Of a stretch of 64,000 bases of DNA, positions 50,851 through 63,954 are shown piece after piece. The notes beneath the pieces are model-generated. The model was not told the origin of the DNA. It was given only the letters and a program-made list of their open reading frames with translations, and did no database searches. The stretch is from Octopus bimaculoides (lineage: Eukaryota): positions 31,470,879-31,534,878 of the forward strand of contig NC_068984.1 in assembly GCF_001194135.2 (NCBI RefSeq), given 5' to 3'. Positions within the stretch are counted from its first letter, which is position 1. Each line of letters starts with the position of its first letter. Both the position numbers and the translations under genes were made by a program.

Positions 50851-52039
50851 AGTATGTGTGTGTGTATTTGTATACATATATATAGTGAAAGAGTGAGAGA
50901 TCATGAGATATATGGACTGATGGTGGGATAATCAGAAAGAGATTGAGAGAGAGGGAGAGAGAGAGAAGAAAAAGAAAGATGGATGCATATGCAAAGCTAC
51001 TCAACTTGAGGACTACATTTATGACTGCATGACTATATTTTTGCATAATTACACACATGTATGTATGTGTTTTTTGGTGGGGGGGGGGAGTATAATAGGT
51101 TATATATCATATAGATAAAATACACATGAGCTTACATGCACACACATACACATAGGCATAGAGTACTAACAGCCTGAAATCTTTTTCCTTCCTACAAGGC
51201 TTACAATTAAAGCTAACAGCAACATTTTTCCAATAAACATCACAACTGACATAGAAATGTGACTTCCAGCAAAATAAGCCGATAAGATCCTTATGGATTT
51301 CTATCATGTTATCCTTGAAACAGTAAGAGAACAAAGCTCTATCTAAAGAAAGGATCAAACCCAGAGGCAATGATTCAAGTGTGTAACACTTCATACTCTT
51401 ATAACCATACAAGAGTGCTATAATGAAATGTGTGACTTTATGAAATTAGCTTTCTTGGCATGTGTGCATGGTCATATTTAGTTTAGTGTATATAATCATG
51501 TGTGTGTATATATGTGCATACGTACCCATGTATGATGGGTCACATATATACAAACATATATAGTTCTGTATGTGAGTGTGTGGTGTGTTTAATGAACAGA
51601 ATGAAACACCTAAGGGTTTCTAAGAGTGATGATCTTATATATGCATTTACGATCCATTTGTCAAGCATATTATAAGCCCATGTGTGAATGTGCAGGTATG
51701 TGTAAGTGTGTGTGTGTGCGCATGCGCGCACATAGCATATATTTGTGAATCTCTGTATACATGCAGGTATAGATATGTATAAGTATTTGCGAATATATAC
51801 ATGCAAACGGGCATACACACACACCCAGACATGAATACAAGTATATATGGGTAAATATGTGTGCGTATGTGCGATTGTGCATGTAGACGCATCTGCGTAA
51901 ATGCCTATTAATTACGTCATCATTAGTACATGTCTAAACAAAAAACGAGGATACTTTTATCAATGAAAAAATGTGCCATACATCAACAAACAGGCGGTGG
52001 CCTATTGAAACAAACATACCTTATATGAAAAACGAGCAG

Positions 52040-52135
52040 TGGCAAAAGGAAGTGTATCCACAGTAAAATGTCAATCAATGAAGTTTTGTCTGATCCATGC
52101 CATCACAGAAAAATGAACATAAAATGATGACCACT
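52040..52135 (+). mobile_element. Family B-related 3' tail, degenerate
   Basis: ggcaaaaggaagtgtatccacagtaaaa...tctgatccatgccatcacagaaaa...atgatgac. Confidence 0.5.
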
Positions 52136-52574
52136 ACTATGCTAATGAAGCTGGTGATTCGGGTAGTTCAGTATTCAGTGTTTCAGTGATCACCATTGTA
52201 ATTCTGAGCCTTAAATTTTCATTCCAGATGAAAAAATGAATTTGAGACACAGATTTTGTATTTATAGATACTGTTTTTGCCATAGAGGAGTTTGGCTTGT
52301 GCGTAGTTTCGAGTGGGAAATTTCTTAAAGGATTTGTTTTATAATTTTATGCGTATGAATACGTATGTGTGCATGTTCGTTTGGACCACTGTAAGATTTG
52401 GTCATTAAAAATAGATATCCACTTGAATGTATTTCTAGACGAATGCATTACATTGGGTTTAAATAGTAACGTTTAAATGAAAATGTATGTGTAAGGAATG
52501 TAGTGAGTGTGGGAAGCCTCATAGAGATGAAATATGCTTGTATTAAAAGTCTATACAGAGACACGTAGAAAAAT

Positions 52575-52855
52575 ATTATCAAATGTTGTCTTGCACTTTT
52601 ATGCCACCAGATTTTACCTTTCGGCCTCTCTTCATAATTATTGTTGCGCACTTATTTATCCCAAGCAGTATTCCCAAGCAATATCTTTACTGAATATTCT
52701 CGCTACTGGGATAAAATAATCCAGATCTCATTTTTTGTATATATCTTTAGGTCATCCACATAAATTAGGCAATTTCGTCTCATCTTGGATTTGGTCAGCT
52801 CATAAGCTGGCCTGGATTTTCTCTGTATACCTGTCCGTGAGAATAGCGAATTTTG
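52575..52855 (-). mobile_element. R4/Dong-like LINE copy 4: inverted 5' segment (RT motifs 5-7)
   Basis: Minus strand PAYELTKSKMRRNCLIYVDDLKIYTKNE...FSKDI...GINKCATIIMKRGRKVKSGGIKVQDN. Confidence 0.85.
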
Positions 52856-52892
52856 ACACAGTTATATATACCTAGTTATATATACCAGTTAT

Positions 52893-54487
52893 AATACCTA
52901 TAAAAAATTGTAGCTCTGGCATTCAGCATGCAAGCATGAAAGAGAAGATCAGGAAAGAATGTTATAGGAGACTTCGAGCAATGCTGAAATCTGAGCTAAA
53001 TTCACATAACGAGGTGTTAGACATAAATTTCTTAGCATTTCCAGTTGTTACCTGTAGCTTCAATGTGTCAAAACTGAAATATCAGTGAAATAAAATATAA
53101 ATTGGCCGAATAATAAATTAGCAGCTTGTTTGTAATAAGATGCATCACCCAGAGCAGACGTAGATCGTCTTTACCTTCCCAGATCCCAAGGAGATCGACG
53201 CTTGATCCAGTTTGAACTTTCGTACACGACCTTCGCAATTGGACTGGCCAAATATCTTGAAACAACTAACAACTGGATGCTAAAGCTCTTTGAAAATCAC
53301 TAAACGCATAAGAAGATTCTTTCTGTCTTGAAGGAGTGCAACAAATTCTTAATCTGATTTCATACAAGAAACCAAAACTGAACAGCTTGAGGGAAATGCA
53401 GCAACTGTTATTGCGAAGTTAAAATTAATGGCAAGGAAAAAGCACATGAACAATTGGCTAGTAGGTGGGAGCAGAAACCATTGCTTGACAAATATGTAGC
53501 CTGTAGCAAACAAGCAGATGTTAACCGGAAGAATATCCATTAGTGGCCACAGAACTCAGGGCTAATGGCAAAGTGTGTATGCTTCATCTTAGCTGTTCAA
53601 GATCAAGGCTTATTGAGCTGGAACTACCTAGCCAATGTGATGAAAAGTGGAGTAGACCCAGAGTGCCGATGTTATAATGTTGAGATTGAATCAAGAGATT
53701 ACATAATCTCTGGCTGTAAAATTTTAGCTCCGGAGGAGTATAAATCAAGATATGACAGAGTTGGGCCAATATGTACGCTGGTAAATGATAAAATATCAAA
53801 ATTGTTGAGAAGTGGTATATGCACCACCCTGAGGCTGTAACTGAGTGAAAAAATGTTACGATTCTTTGGGACTTTCCAGGACATACATACAGAACCATCA
53901 ACGCTAATAAACCGGATATTGTTGTGAAAGACCACAACAATAAAAGTTGCTTCTTGATTGGCTTGAGTATTCCTTGCGATCATAATATTTTGGCAAAATA
54001 ATTTGACAAGCTCAGAAAATAAGGACTGGCTCATTGAAATCAAAATCATGGGATATCTCAAGGCAGTTAAGATGTAAGTGATTGTAGGAGCAATTGGAAT
54101 GATAAAAAAAAGGAAATGAAAATTATTTCACCATGTCTCTGGCTTGCAATCAATCTAAGATGGGCAAAAGATTGCTTTAACTGGTATTCACACGTATTGA
54201 GAAGAACATTGTCACTGTGAGCACGATTACTACTACTCATGTGGATTTTTTAAAAATATAACTTCATTTGATTTTGTATATGAACAATCTGTTGTGTTTA
54301 TCTTAATGGCCTATCAACGCATACTGTGAGTTTCTTTGCCCTAGGAGTCGGAGGAAATTCGACAAAGAATGGAAACAAAATAACAAGTAAAACTCAAAAT
54401 AATAATGATGATGATAAGAAAAACAACAGCATAAAGAGCTGTATTCGGTAGTGCAGTGAAAGCGTGTAATAAAAAAAAAGAAGACTA

Positions 54488-54560
<73 letters not shown>
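52893..54560 (+). mobile_element. R4/Dong-like LINE copy 4: sense 3' segment (thumb, CCHC, RLE, 3' UTR, (AAT)n)
   Basis: TYKKL, GIQHASMKEKIRKECYRRLRAMLKSELNSHN, MHHPRADVDRLYLPRSQG, AVQDQGLLSWNY...PECRCYNVEIESRDYIISGCKILAPEEYKSRYDRV, NANKPDIVVKDHNNKSCFLI, LTGIHTY..RTLSL*. Confidence 0.9.
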
Positions 54561-54565
<5 letters not shown>

Positions 54566-55149
54566 CATTATTGTAATAATTTAATGGGGAAATAAGTCTA
54601 ATCGACGTTACGATCATTTCTGTGACCGAAGGTTTTTGTTTTATTTCATATCTCATACAATGTTATGTAATGCATTAAAAATCAAGGTGTTTGAGGAAGT
54701 GAATGAACTACGAAAATATTATTATTACATATTTCTATATCTTGAATGTATTGCATAAAATTGTACGAGTTATGAAACAGAAACAATCGTTCGTTTGCGG
54801 AAATGATCGTCTTGTCGACTTGATATATTTCTTTATTGAAATTATTTTCATTATTAACTTCACGGGCTTTATATTAAGCTACTGGCTCTTACTTTGAAGT
54901 TGCGAATTCCTCCGCTTCGTATTAATCTGTTTATCATCGATCTTCCGTCGGTATTGGGTTCCTACGGTAACAAGAATCCGACACGGTATGCTGATGAGGT
55001 AATATTATAATTACCTCTTCACTCACTCACTCACTTACTTCATCAATACACGCATACACACACGCACACGTGCACACACACATACCACCCCACAAAAAAA
55101 TATATATGTGAATTTTAGGTAAATTAAGATGTTTGACATATTTCAACTT

Positions 55150-55610
55150 CTAAAGGCAAGTTCTATGTAAGGAGTTATAACTTTTCCTGTTATTTTTATA
55201 ACTTTGTCAATTAGTCTTTAGCCTTCCTAGTTAATTTTCTATATCTTCTTCATCATTGTAGCATTTGATGAGTTCATTGTTATGTCGGTCACTGGGAATG
55301 ACTCATTCTTGTACTTTTCGTCTCATTATATGTGTGACTTGAGTGTACCCGACTTTTTCAAATATTTTCAGAATATCAGTAGCTATTATTGATGCCTTCC
55401 ATGCCCTCATATTTTTAATTATTTCCACCCATATAAATATGGTTTCCATTGTCAGACCTTTTTGGCGAAAATTTTCCTTGTTTCCAGTATTTCCAAGTAC
55501 GCCATTTAGTTTTTATGATTCTATTTACCAGATCATTCTGTCACTTGACCACTTCCTTGCAGCCGACAGTTTCATTGACACTTTCAATTACCTTCTACGT
55601 TATAGATCTC
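55150..55610 (-). mobile_element. RTE-clade LINE fragment (EN-RT linker to RT start)
   Basis: KWRTWKYWKQG; IATDILKIFEKVGYTQVTHIMRRKVQE*VIPSDRHNNELIKCYNDEED; LIDKV/IKITGKVI match EMLK....GY..VT.I....V.EGVIP.DW....I..CYKGKGD...NYRGIKLLDQVMKV.ERV. Confidence 0.72.
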
Positions 55611-55624
55611 TGTCACCTCCTACT

Positions 55625-55659
<35 letters not shown>

Positions 55660-56384
55660 ACCGAATACATATTGGAACATATGTCTAGCAGAAGTATTTT
55701 CAACTTTTATAGCTTGCCTCTTTAGAGTTTAGATTGACACTTTTCTCTGGATTGGTTTATCACTTTTCCGATGTATCTAATCACCGGTCTATGCTATATG
55801 AAACGTTGTCCACTGCAATTACGTACTCGTACGTATCATATCATACGCATATAATTTATGATAGTTTCCTGTCAATACTGTTATGGAATATCTAAATCAA
55901 TTTTGCTGAACGTACAATTCTTGAAATATATATTTCATATACATTTTTACGACGAAATGAATAGAAAATGGCAGAAGGAAGTCGTAGATTTGAAAAAAAA
56001 AAAAAAATGAAAGGATTTATTGTTTATTAAAATATGAATATCGGACACGACGGCCCAATAGCAAAACACCAAGGGTAATAGAGAAAGTTTATTTCGTGAA
56101 ATGGTAGCAAACAACACTAATTACAGTTAAAGATTTGTTGGTACAGATGAGCTTGCATAGAGGAAGATGTTACTGAAAATGTGTTGAGTATGAACTGATA
56201 TAATTAGTGGTTTTGAATAAGTTAGTTTGCATGTTGCAGCACTTTATTGTTGACATGTTTGTCAATATAAACAGCTGAATATCGAATATCAATCAGCGTC
56301 AACGTTTGACTACAAACGTTTCCGTTACTTGCTTGCTGACTTGATGAAGAAACTTATATTAAGGCTGACTGGATCACAATCAAC

Positions 56385-56445
56385 AACATTGATTGGATAG
56401 TTTAATTTTGACGTCATTAGTCGATTTGACGTGCATTCCAAACGA
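56385..56445. promoter_or_regulatory. Possible regulatory cluster: ATTGG (56392), TGACGTCA (56409-56416), TGACGT half-site
   Basis: Motif matches in unique, CpG-retaining sequence; a second TGACGTCA at 57307-57314. Motif presence only. Confidence 0.25.
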
Positions 56446-57589
56446 TTTACTGGTTAGCATTGTGCCAACAGTATAAATCAATTTCGTGTTCAGTTGCTTA
56501 TCACAAGTTTTACGAACGTAATAACTGGTTCCAGTTTAGAATTTAGGCGAAAACTTACTGCATATCTAACATATCTGTGTGCAATTTTGACATAAATATG
56601 CACAAATATAAGACATACATTCAACAAAACAATTTCTGTGTTTCACATATATGCATCCCAAATAATAACACATACGACAACGTATGAAATAGAACGGAGC
56701 TTTTGGCAAACGCGTTTGGTGCAAAGTACAAAGATGTACACTCTTCTAGATAGGTAGCAGTGATGGTGTGGTGTTGTAGGCTTACTTCTGTCAGAAATGA
56801 GCAGATAAACCGATTGAGGTGGTCAGAAAGTGTGTGATAAGATTATTTAGCCGAGACTAGTCTTAAATAATGTAACAGTGACACTTAGCTGAATTTGCTC
56901 CACAAGCTGCACCGGCCACATAAACACAAGGACCGTTTCTACAAAGCCCTTTCGTAGAGTACTTTAATGATGAGTGACTATGTCTTTATCATCATGGCTG
57001 GTAATTTAAACGAATATGTTGGTTAGCATCACAATGCATTTCATGGTTACTATAGAATATAGTGTTCACTTAGTATCAATAATGATTCATGCTGCATTGG
57101 GTGAGTGATGTCTGCATAACTTTGAGTCGATCAATGTGTAAAGCTTGGAATTGGCAGATAGATATTACATGAAATCTGTTATGCATATGTGTATGTTTAC
57201 GTGCTTCTGTGGAGGGGGTATTTGCATATGTTTTGTATGTGTATATAGATGTGTGCATGCATGTCGACATTTTACGTCTTCACATGACATCACCTGAACA
57301 AAATAGTGACGTCATGTTTATATTCCTTATCAACAATGTTCTGTATCATTTCACTTTCGAAAACCAGAAAGGTAAAAATAAAGAATTAAAAAATTACTAA
57401 TTGAAAAGAGATAAGGTTTCATGACAGGAAAAGCATGCATCCATAACATACTATCTCAGCTAAGGTTCGCCCAAATGTGCCAGTATAAAATTGCGGATGT
57501 AACACAAACGAGTGAATGAATTAAAATTTCCATATTTCATGTTGAATAGACAAGGCGTATTTTTCTTGCGGTCGGTTAAAGTTACCTAA

Positions 57590-57790
57590 CGTATGTAGTG
57601 CATTGTAAACCTGGGAACCAAACTGCTAATCCGTTAATAGTTAATTAGTGAAGTTAACATTTTCGTTAACGATTTAACTTTTAAATTAACTTTGGAAATC
57701 ATTATCGGACTAATTAACTTCCGTTAATAAGTTAATTCTTTAAAATGTAACGGAAGTTATCGATAAAGCGTTAACGTTAAGTTTTTTTAT
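57590..57790. mobile_element. GTTAAC/GTTAA-rich tract, probable DNA-transposon subterminal region
   Basis: Dense gttaa/ttaac words and an inverted ttaacttccgtta / taacggaagtta pair; no clear TIR or TSD. Confidence 0.4.
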
Positions 57791-59196
57791 AGAAAAAAAA
57801 AAACAAAGACCACCCAAAGCCTCCTTAAAATGTGCGAAAACTATAAAATCAGACTTTTTGGCATTTCTAAGGGCTTTAGAACTCCCAAAGATATAGTTTT
57901 TCTTTTGCTTTAGAGTTAAAAAATGCTGATTTTATACTTTAAATTTTAAAAGACTCAAAACGCTGATTTCATAGGCTTGGCCCACTTTTAGGTTTTTGAA
58001 GGCTTTTAGAACCGGAAAAGGATAAAAAGAGTGCAATGTTCAAGAGGTCATACAGGGCTGCCATGGCCAAGGCACGTGCCTCTGGAACCAGCAAGATCAC
58101 AGCAATGTGGCAGTTGACAGCATCTACGCTGAGGTAGGGAGCATCATGGATTCCAACTTCTCTCTTGACTTCAAAATAATTAAAGGAGAGGAGATACACT
58201 CATTGTCATTGCAGACTTTCTAAGAGTGGTGTGGGCAAGATAGTTAATGTTAGTTTTGGATAGTTCAGAGTTGATGGCTGCAGGAAAAAAATCATCATTG
58301 GTAGGTTTGAAATTTCAAAGACTTACGTTCTGGAGGGGGAAGAAGTAAGACATGTCAGAATGTTTATTGTGGGACTTAAGGTTGCCTCATGAAAACAACT
58401 GCTCAAAAGAATCAATAAGGCTTTTAGTGCTTGCTGTAACAGATGTTTTAAGTTGCAATTTGAACTGAAGTCATTCTGTCCATTTAAATTATTAAGATTA
58501 GCTGTGCAGTGAAAGAGAAGTGGACTATCACGAGAAATGCTTTGCAATTTGGACACATGTTGGCACTTTCCGAATAGATTCAGTTGAGGGATATTTAGCA
58601 GTAACAAAGGAATGCAAACGTATACCTCGAAATTAAGAAACTGGAAAATGACTAAACGAATGTCTTTGTTGATGGTGAATAAGAAGTCACTAATCTCAGA
58701 TTTAACAGTAGTAAAACTTTACTTCGTGATATAAAGTGTCGTCGCACAACAGAGAATCGGAACCTAAGTACCTATGATGCAACAGAGAAGGGGATATCTG
58801 TAATGAAAGATATTCAGAATGTATGTTTGGAAATTTGAATTCAGCGAAAATGTATCATATTTTAAACCTGAGACAAGAAAAAAAAGATTTTACAACCTTA
58901 CAAGTGATGTGGTGTACATTGAACTGACTAATAAAATGTAAAGCGTAGAAAGTTATTCCATATTTTCCAATGAAGGCAATTATGTTTGATATTCTTAGAA
59001 ATATTAAAGTATGAGAATCAAGCATTCATGCATTTAAGCATACACACAAATTTATAGATAGGTATGAACGTTCGTAGCTTTAAAAGAATGTTGTTAAATT
59101 TATTTCCAGAACAGAGACCACTTTTTGCCAATTGCAACGATTTCACAAGGCGCATTGTAAACAAGTTGAATTAATGCAATATAATTAGCTATACAA

Positions 59197-59599
59197 GCGC
59201 AGGAGTGGCTGTGTGGTAAGTAACTTGCTTACCAACCACATGGTTCCGGGTTCAGTCCCACTGCGTGGCACTTTCGGCAAGTGTCTTCTACTATAGCCTC
59301 GGGCCGACCAAAGCCTTGTGAGTGGATTTGGTAGACGGAAACTGAAAGAAGCCCGTCGTATATATGTATATATATGTATGTGTGTGTATATCTTTGTGTG
59401 TCTGTGTTTGCCCCCACCCCAACATCGCTTGACAACCGATGGTGGTGTATTCAGGTCCCCGTAACTTAGCGGTTCGGCATAAGAGATCGATAGATTAAGT
59501 ACTAGGCTTCCAACGAATAAGTCCTGGGGTAGATTTGCTCGACTAAAGGTGGTGCTCCAGCATGGCCACTGTCAAATGACTGAAACAAGTAAAATAGTA
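59197..59599 (+). mobile_element. Full-length tRNA-derived SINE family A
   Basis: A-box TGGCTGTGTGG, B-box-like GGGTTCAGTCC, internal (TA/TG)n, tail ...atgactgaaacaagtaaaa; multiple partial copies elsewhere in the window. Confidence 0.92.
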
Positions 59600-59601
59600 T
59601 A

Positions 59602-60125
59602 CAGTGATCTCTCGACTATCGCGGGTGTTACGTTCTAAAACATCCCGCGGTAGGTGAAAATCCGCGAAGAAGAGACAATACTGTAGTGTATATATTTTTT
59701 ATTAATTTTTAGAATTTGTATATATTTATTATATAAATGCAAAACAATATCACACACTCGACTCCCGAGTTTCGTTTTCCATACAGTATGTGCGATTCTT
59801 TGTTTACTCATCTACAGTACACCACGTATTTTCTTTTAATATATTTTAATTAATGTGTTATACAGTGCAGTACTGTACTCAATTATTATTTTTTAATTTT
59901 GTTTAATTGTTAGGCGTGAAAATGCTTATTTCACCACAGAAATAATTAAAATCTAAAAACATATAAATACCTATCGATCGCAGAAACCCGCGATATACTG
60001 AGGAGTCTGCGATATAAATTTAGATATATTAGCCAGAAAAATCGCTATGTACTGAGGGCGCGATAGGTGAATCGCGATGTACTGAGTGCGCAGTAGGTGA
60101 ACCGCGATATGGCAATGGATTACTG
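59602..60125. mobile_element. Tigger/pogo-type (Tc1/mariner) MITE, 524 bp
   Basis: TA|CAGTGATCTCTCGACTATCGCGG ... CCGCGATATGGCAATGGATTACTG|TA; subterminal tandem cgcgatgtactgag..cgc..taggtgaa repeats. Confidence 0.85.
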
Positions 60126-61533
60126 TATATCAAATGTGCTTTTGTTGATCAGCACTTTCACCACATTTCGATGCTTGTTGATTGCCATTCCTCTTACCTT
60201 ACATTTAAAATGGTTTTGAGGAAACAAACAAGGTCAGAGAAGACATCAAATAAAAATTTTTTTCTAGATTAGATGATGTGATTTGAAACTATTTTTCCAT
60301 ATGCAGTTATCACTTAAATGCTCTTTCATTCACGTGCGGTATCATTGTAGAATACATAGATGTGACAGTTGCGCTTTTTTTTTTTTGTAAGTTTAAAATG
60401 TTAGAGCTACTAGACAGTTTTAAAACATGTGTTTGGCTTCAGATTTACAGCATGAAGTTGGTGATTAATAAATCTTCCTGTACTCAAGCAATTTATCAGT
60501 TCAAATCCCAATGAAGTAAATTTTACTACTTTCAAATAGAGGCAAAAAATAATGTGCCTGTCAAGTACTAGGGCTGATTTATTAGATTTTACTATCTCCC
60601 CAAATTTGTGCCAATCTACCGCTGTTAGGGGGTATTTTGAATAAAAATAAAGCATTAATTAACTATACTTCACAAATAAAAAACAGGATCATTTTGATGT
60701 ATTTGAATTAGACATCAGGCAGTTTGTATTCGAACATAACTTCCGGTGACCTATTTTATCGTTGTAACACAGGATCTTAAATATTTGTACTCTTTGTTCA
60801 ATGCACCATAAGCTTTAGGGAATGGAAAGGTTAGTTGCTTATTAAAGACAATTTTTCTGTATATGAAATCAAATAGGTAAGAATTTATGAAAATGTATAC
60901 AACATACAGATCCAGATTTTATAGGAAATACAATAGATATTTCGATATGAATTCCTATATTTCAACATAGTATAAAAGCGGCAATAAATTTAAACTAAAG
61001 CAATGACAAAATATATGAGTATTTATATGTAGATATATATATATGTGTGTATGAGAGCAAAATGTATAGAAAAAGTTATAGCATATGCGTGCGTGCATAT
61101 TTCCTTCCACGCATGCAAATTCCTTGTAATTCCCATGCATGTGTAAATATCACTATACTTGAATACAAGAATAAGATATTGAATACATCACTTCTATTGT
61201 ATATTTTAAAATCAGATTGAAATCTTCAAGAAAAAAGGATTTCCGATCAACTCTTTTTTACTTTTAATCATTTTTCTGCGAACTGAAATATTTCTAGAAC
61301 CTGCAAAGAAGTAAAAAGAAAACTCAACTCAAATACAAGTAACACTTGCCAATTTGTCTTGTCAATGAAAAAGTAATGCCTTCTAAGTTTGAAAAGTTAC
61401 TTATAGATGACTGCAATCACTTCGACCACATTCATTAAATTTTGCTTCAAAACTTTGTGAAACTTTCTGTAACCTAGTAATTTCCTAAGCAAGATGATTC
61501 GAAAGTTGTGGGAGAGCAGAGATATAAAGATAA

Positions 61534-61534
<1 letters not shown>

Positions 61535-61626
<92 letters not shown>

Positions 61627-61635
61627 GAGAGAGAA
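61535..61635. repeat. (AG)n microsatellite
   Basis: Direct reading. Confidence 0.97.
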
Positions 61636-61961
61636 AAGACAGATGAAAAGCGAAGGTGAGAGAAAGAGAGAAAGAAAAGGCATGATGTTATGTGATGCAG
61701 ATAAATTGTTCATCTATCTGATATCGTTCTGAAAACTCAGTGACTGGTTATCGAGGAGCAACCGGTAATTCACTGATGACTTTGCTCCAATATATTATAC
61801 CCATTAAATTCTGTACAAAATATCTGTTTCGTCTTGGTGCAGTGTCTGCGTGTCTGTCCCACTCTCTCTTTCACACTTTCTCTTTCTTTATATACATCTA
61901 GTCTTATATATATACATACAGACAAACATATATGCGTACATTACACACATACATATGTGTG

Positions 61962-61996
<35 letters not shown>

Positions 61997-62006
61997 NNNN
62001 NNNNNN

Positions 62007-62049
<43 letters not shown>

Positions 62050-62499
62050 TCTGCATATATGTATGATATATTTTATATACTTATATATGTGTACATCCAA
62101 TACATATGTGTGTGTTGCACATACCTATATACATGCATGCATTAATGTATACGTATAGCTTATGTATATATCAAAGAAACAGTCAAAGAATTCTGCGATT
62201 CCAGCCTGAATCTGTCTACTCATGTAAACAGAACACCTATCATTTATATAATACCTAATTTGTATTCAAGTAAGAATTTTCGTTTCTTAATTAGTTTCCA
62301 AGTATGAAATATTGTCTTCTTACATGCTCTGATTCAGTCACTCAGAAATTCCTCATCTAACACACCAAAACTAACTTTTAGTTTTAGAAATTGAGATAGT
62401 ACAAATTCCTATTCTATACATTTACAACCCCACATACATACACACATTTAGAGAAATATATCAATCAATCCTATCAAACCTATCTCTTGTTATCTCCAT

Positions 62500-62780
62500 A
62501 CATTTATTTGCATGTGTATAGATACACACGCACGCACACACACACACACACACGCACACACACACACATACACACACACAAACAAACACAAACACACACA
62601 AACACACACATATATACGTATATATGTATGTGTGTGTGTAGGTCTAAGGATTTTTATGTATACAGTGACACACAGATCCATACATTTATATGGGTATAGA
62701 TATACACGTGCGTATACGTATAAATCATATGTATATGTGTGCACACCCATGCACACTCACAAATACATACACACACACAT
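62500..62780. repeat. (CA)/(TA)/(TG) low-complexity region
   Basis: Direct reading. Confidence 0.9.
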
Positions 62781-63639
62781 GATTGTTTTATGAATTTAAA
62801 GAAATTTAGGTGTAGACTACTTCGTATTTATTTAGTAGTAACAGTAGCATCTTATGTTTTTATCCTATATTCGTGTGTATTTCGATTATAATAGTGCTCT
62901 TCAGGGCAATATTCAATTTTAGTTTATTTATCTAGGGAACTATGAGAACATTTTGCGAATTAAAAAGTCTCCCAAATTTGTAAAATCAGAAACTATATTT
63001 TTTCGAATTTTGCAAACCGAAAGTTATAATCTTTTCATATAATGAAGATAGGAGAAGAAATTAAAAGGATAGATATACACAATGAAGGTTTTTTTTCAGA
63101 TTAGAGAGATAAAGGATGGGCTGCTTGAAGTTTTTCTATCATTGGCTTTGGAGATTTATAATTCCAAATTTCGGTTTTTACGGGAAATATTTCAACGTTG
63201 CTGACTTCGTTTGCAGCTATACTATGTTTATATATGTTTAATAAAGGAGGGAACCACGTGCCTCTGTATTTCTGGGTCAATTGTTGATTTAAGTCGTTTA
63301 AATTTTTACGATCCGAAAACTATATATGCATGACTGGAATTATTTTTGTTATTCCGGGAGACCATTCATACCTACTTCAATATCTCTAGCGAGCACATTA
63401 TTTGAATAAAGGGTACCTTAACGCATATTGTATATTTTCTCTCACTCCTCTTTTCTATAAATGCTTCTTTCTCCTTCATTTCTTTGAAAGTTATTTGCTA
63501 TTTTCCTAAGTCATACTGTTTTTTTTTTTCAAACATATTTTTAATTTCTGTTTGGAAATTACATAAGCATCTGTTTCGTACATATTCAGAAGGAGTAGAA
63601 GAAGTAGTAGTTTTAATAGTGGAAGTAATAGCAGCAGCA

Positions 63640-63654
63640 GCAGCAATAATAATA

Positions 63655-63717
<63 letters not shown>

Positions 63718-63750
63718 GTCATTACTATTATTATTATTATTATTATCATT
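63640..63750. repeat. (AAT)n followed by (TTA)n
   Basis: Direct reading. Confidence 0.95.
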
Positions 63751-63953
63751 ATAGGCACAAGGCCTGAAGTTTTGTGGGAGTAGACTAGTCGATTACATCG
63801 ACCGTAGAATTTCACTGGTACTTAATTTATCGATCCCGAAAGGATGAAAGGCAAAGTCAACCTTGGGAGAATTTGAACTCAGAACGTAACGACGGGCGAA
63901 ATACTGCTAAGCATTTCGTTCAGCGTGTAACGATTCTGCCAGCTCGCTGCTTT
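63751..63953 (-). mobile_element. SINE family C (CpG-retaining)
   Basis: Aligns with other family C copies. Confidence 0.9.
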
Positions 63954-63954
63954 A

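Larger units (their letters stand above)
2488..62006. other. Assembly gaps: 2488-3190, 5543-5665, 16394-16480, 18670-18792, 19846-19855, 26738-27270, 28495-28972, 31345-31354, 32668-32677, 41796-42074, 45461-45701, 50414-50799, 61997-62006
   Basis: N runs, almost all bordered by microsatellites; all X-rich ORFs are artefacts. Confidence 0.99.

Noticed and set aside
58320-58610. ORF 58323-58607 as an exon or hAT dimerisation domain (FEQLFS*G...SD)
   Set aside because: Both readings are weak and mutually exclusive; no supporting TIR or recognisable protein.
2448-62158. All long ORFs containing X runs, or YI/CV/HT/poly-amino-acid tracts
   Set aside because: They arise from N gaps and di-, tri- or tetranucleotide microsatellites.
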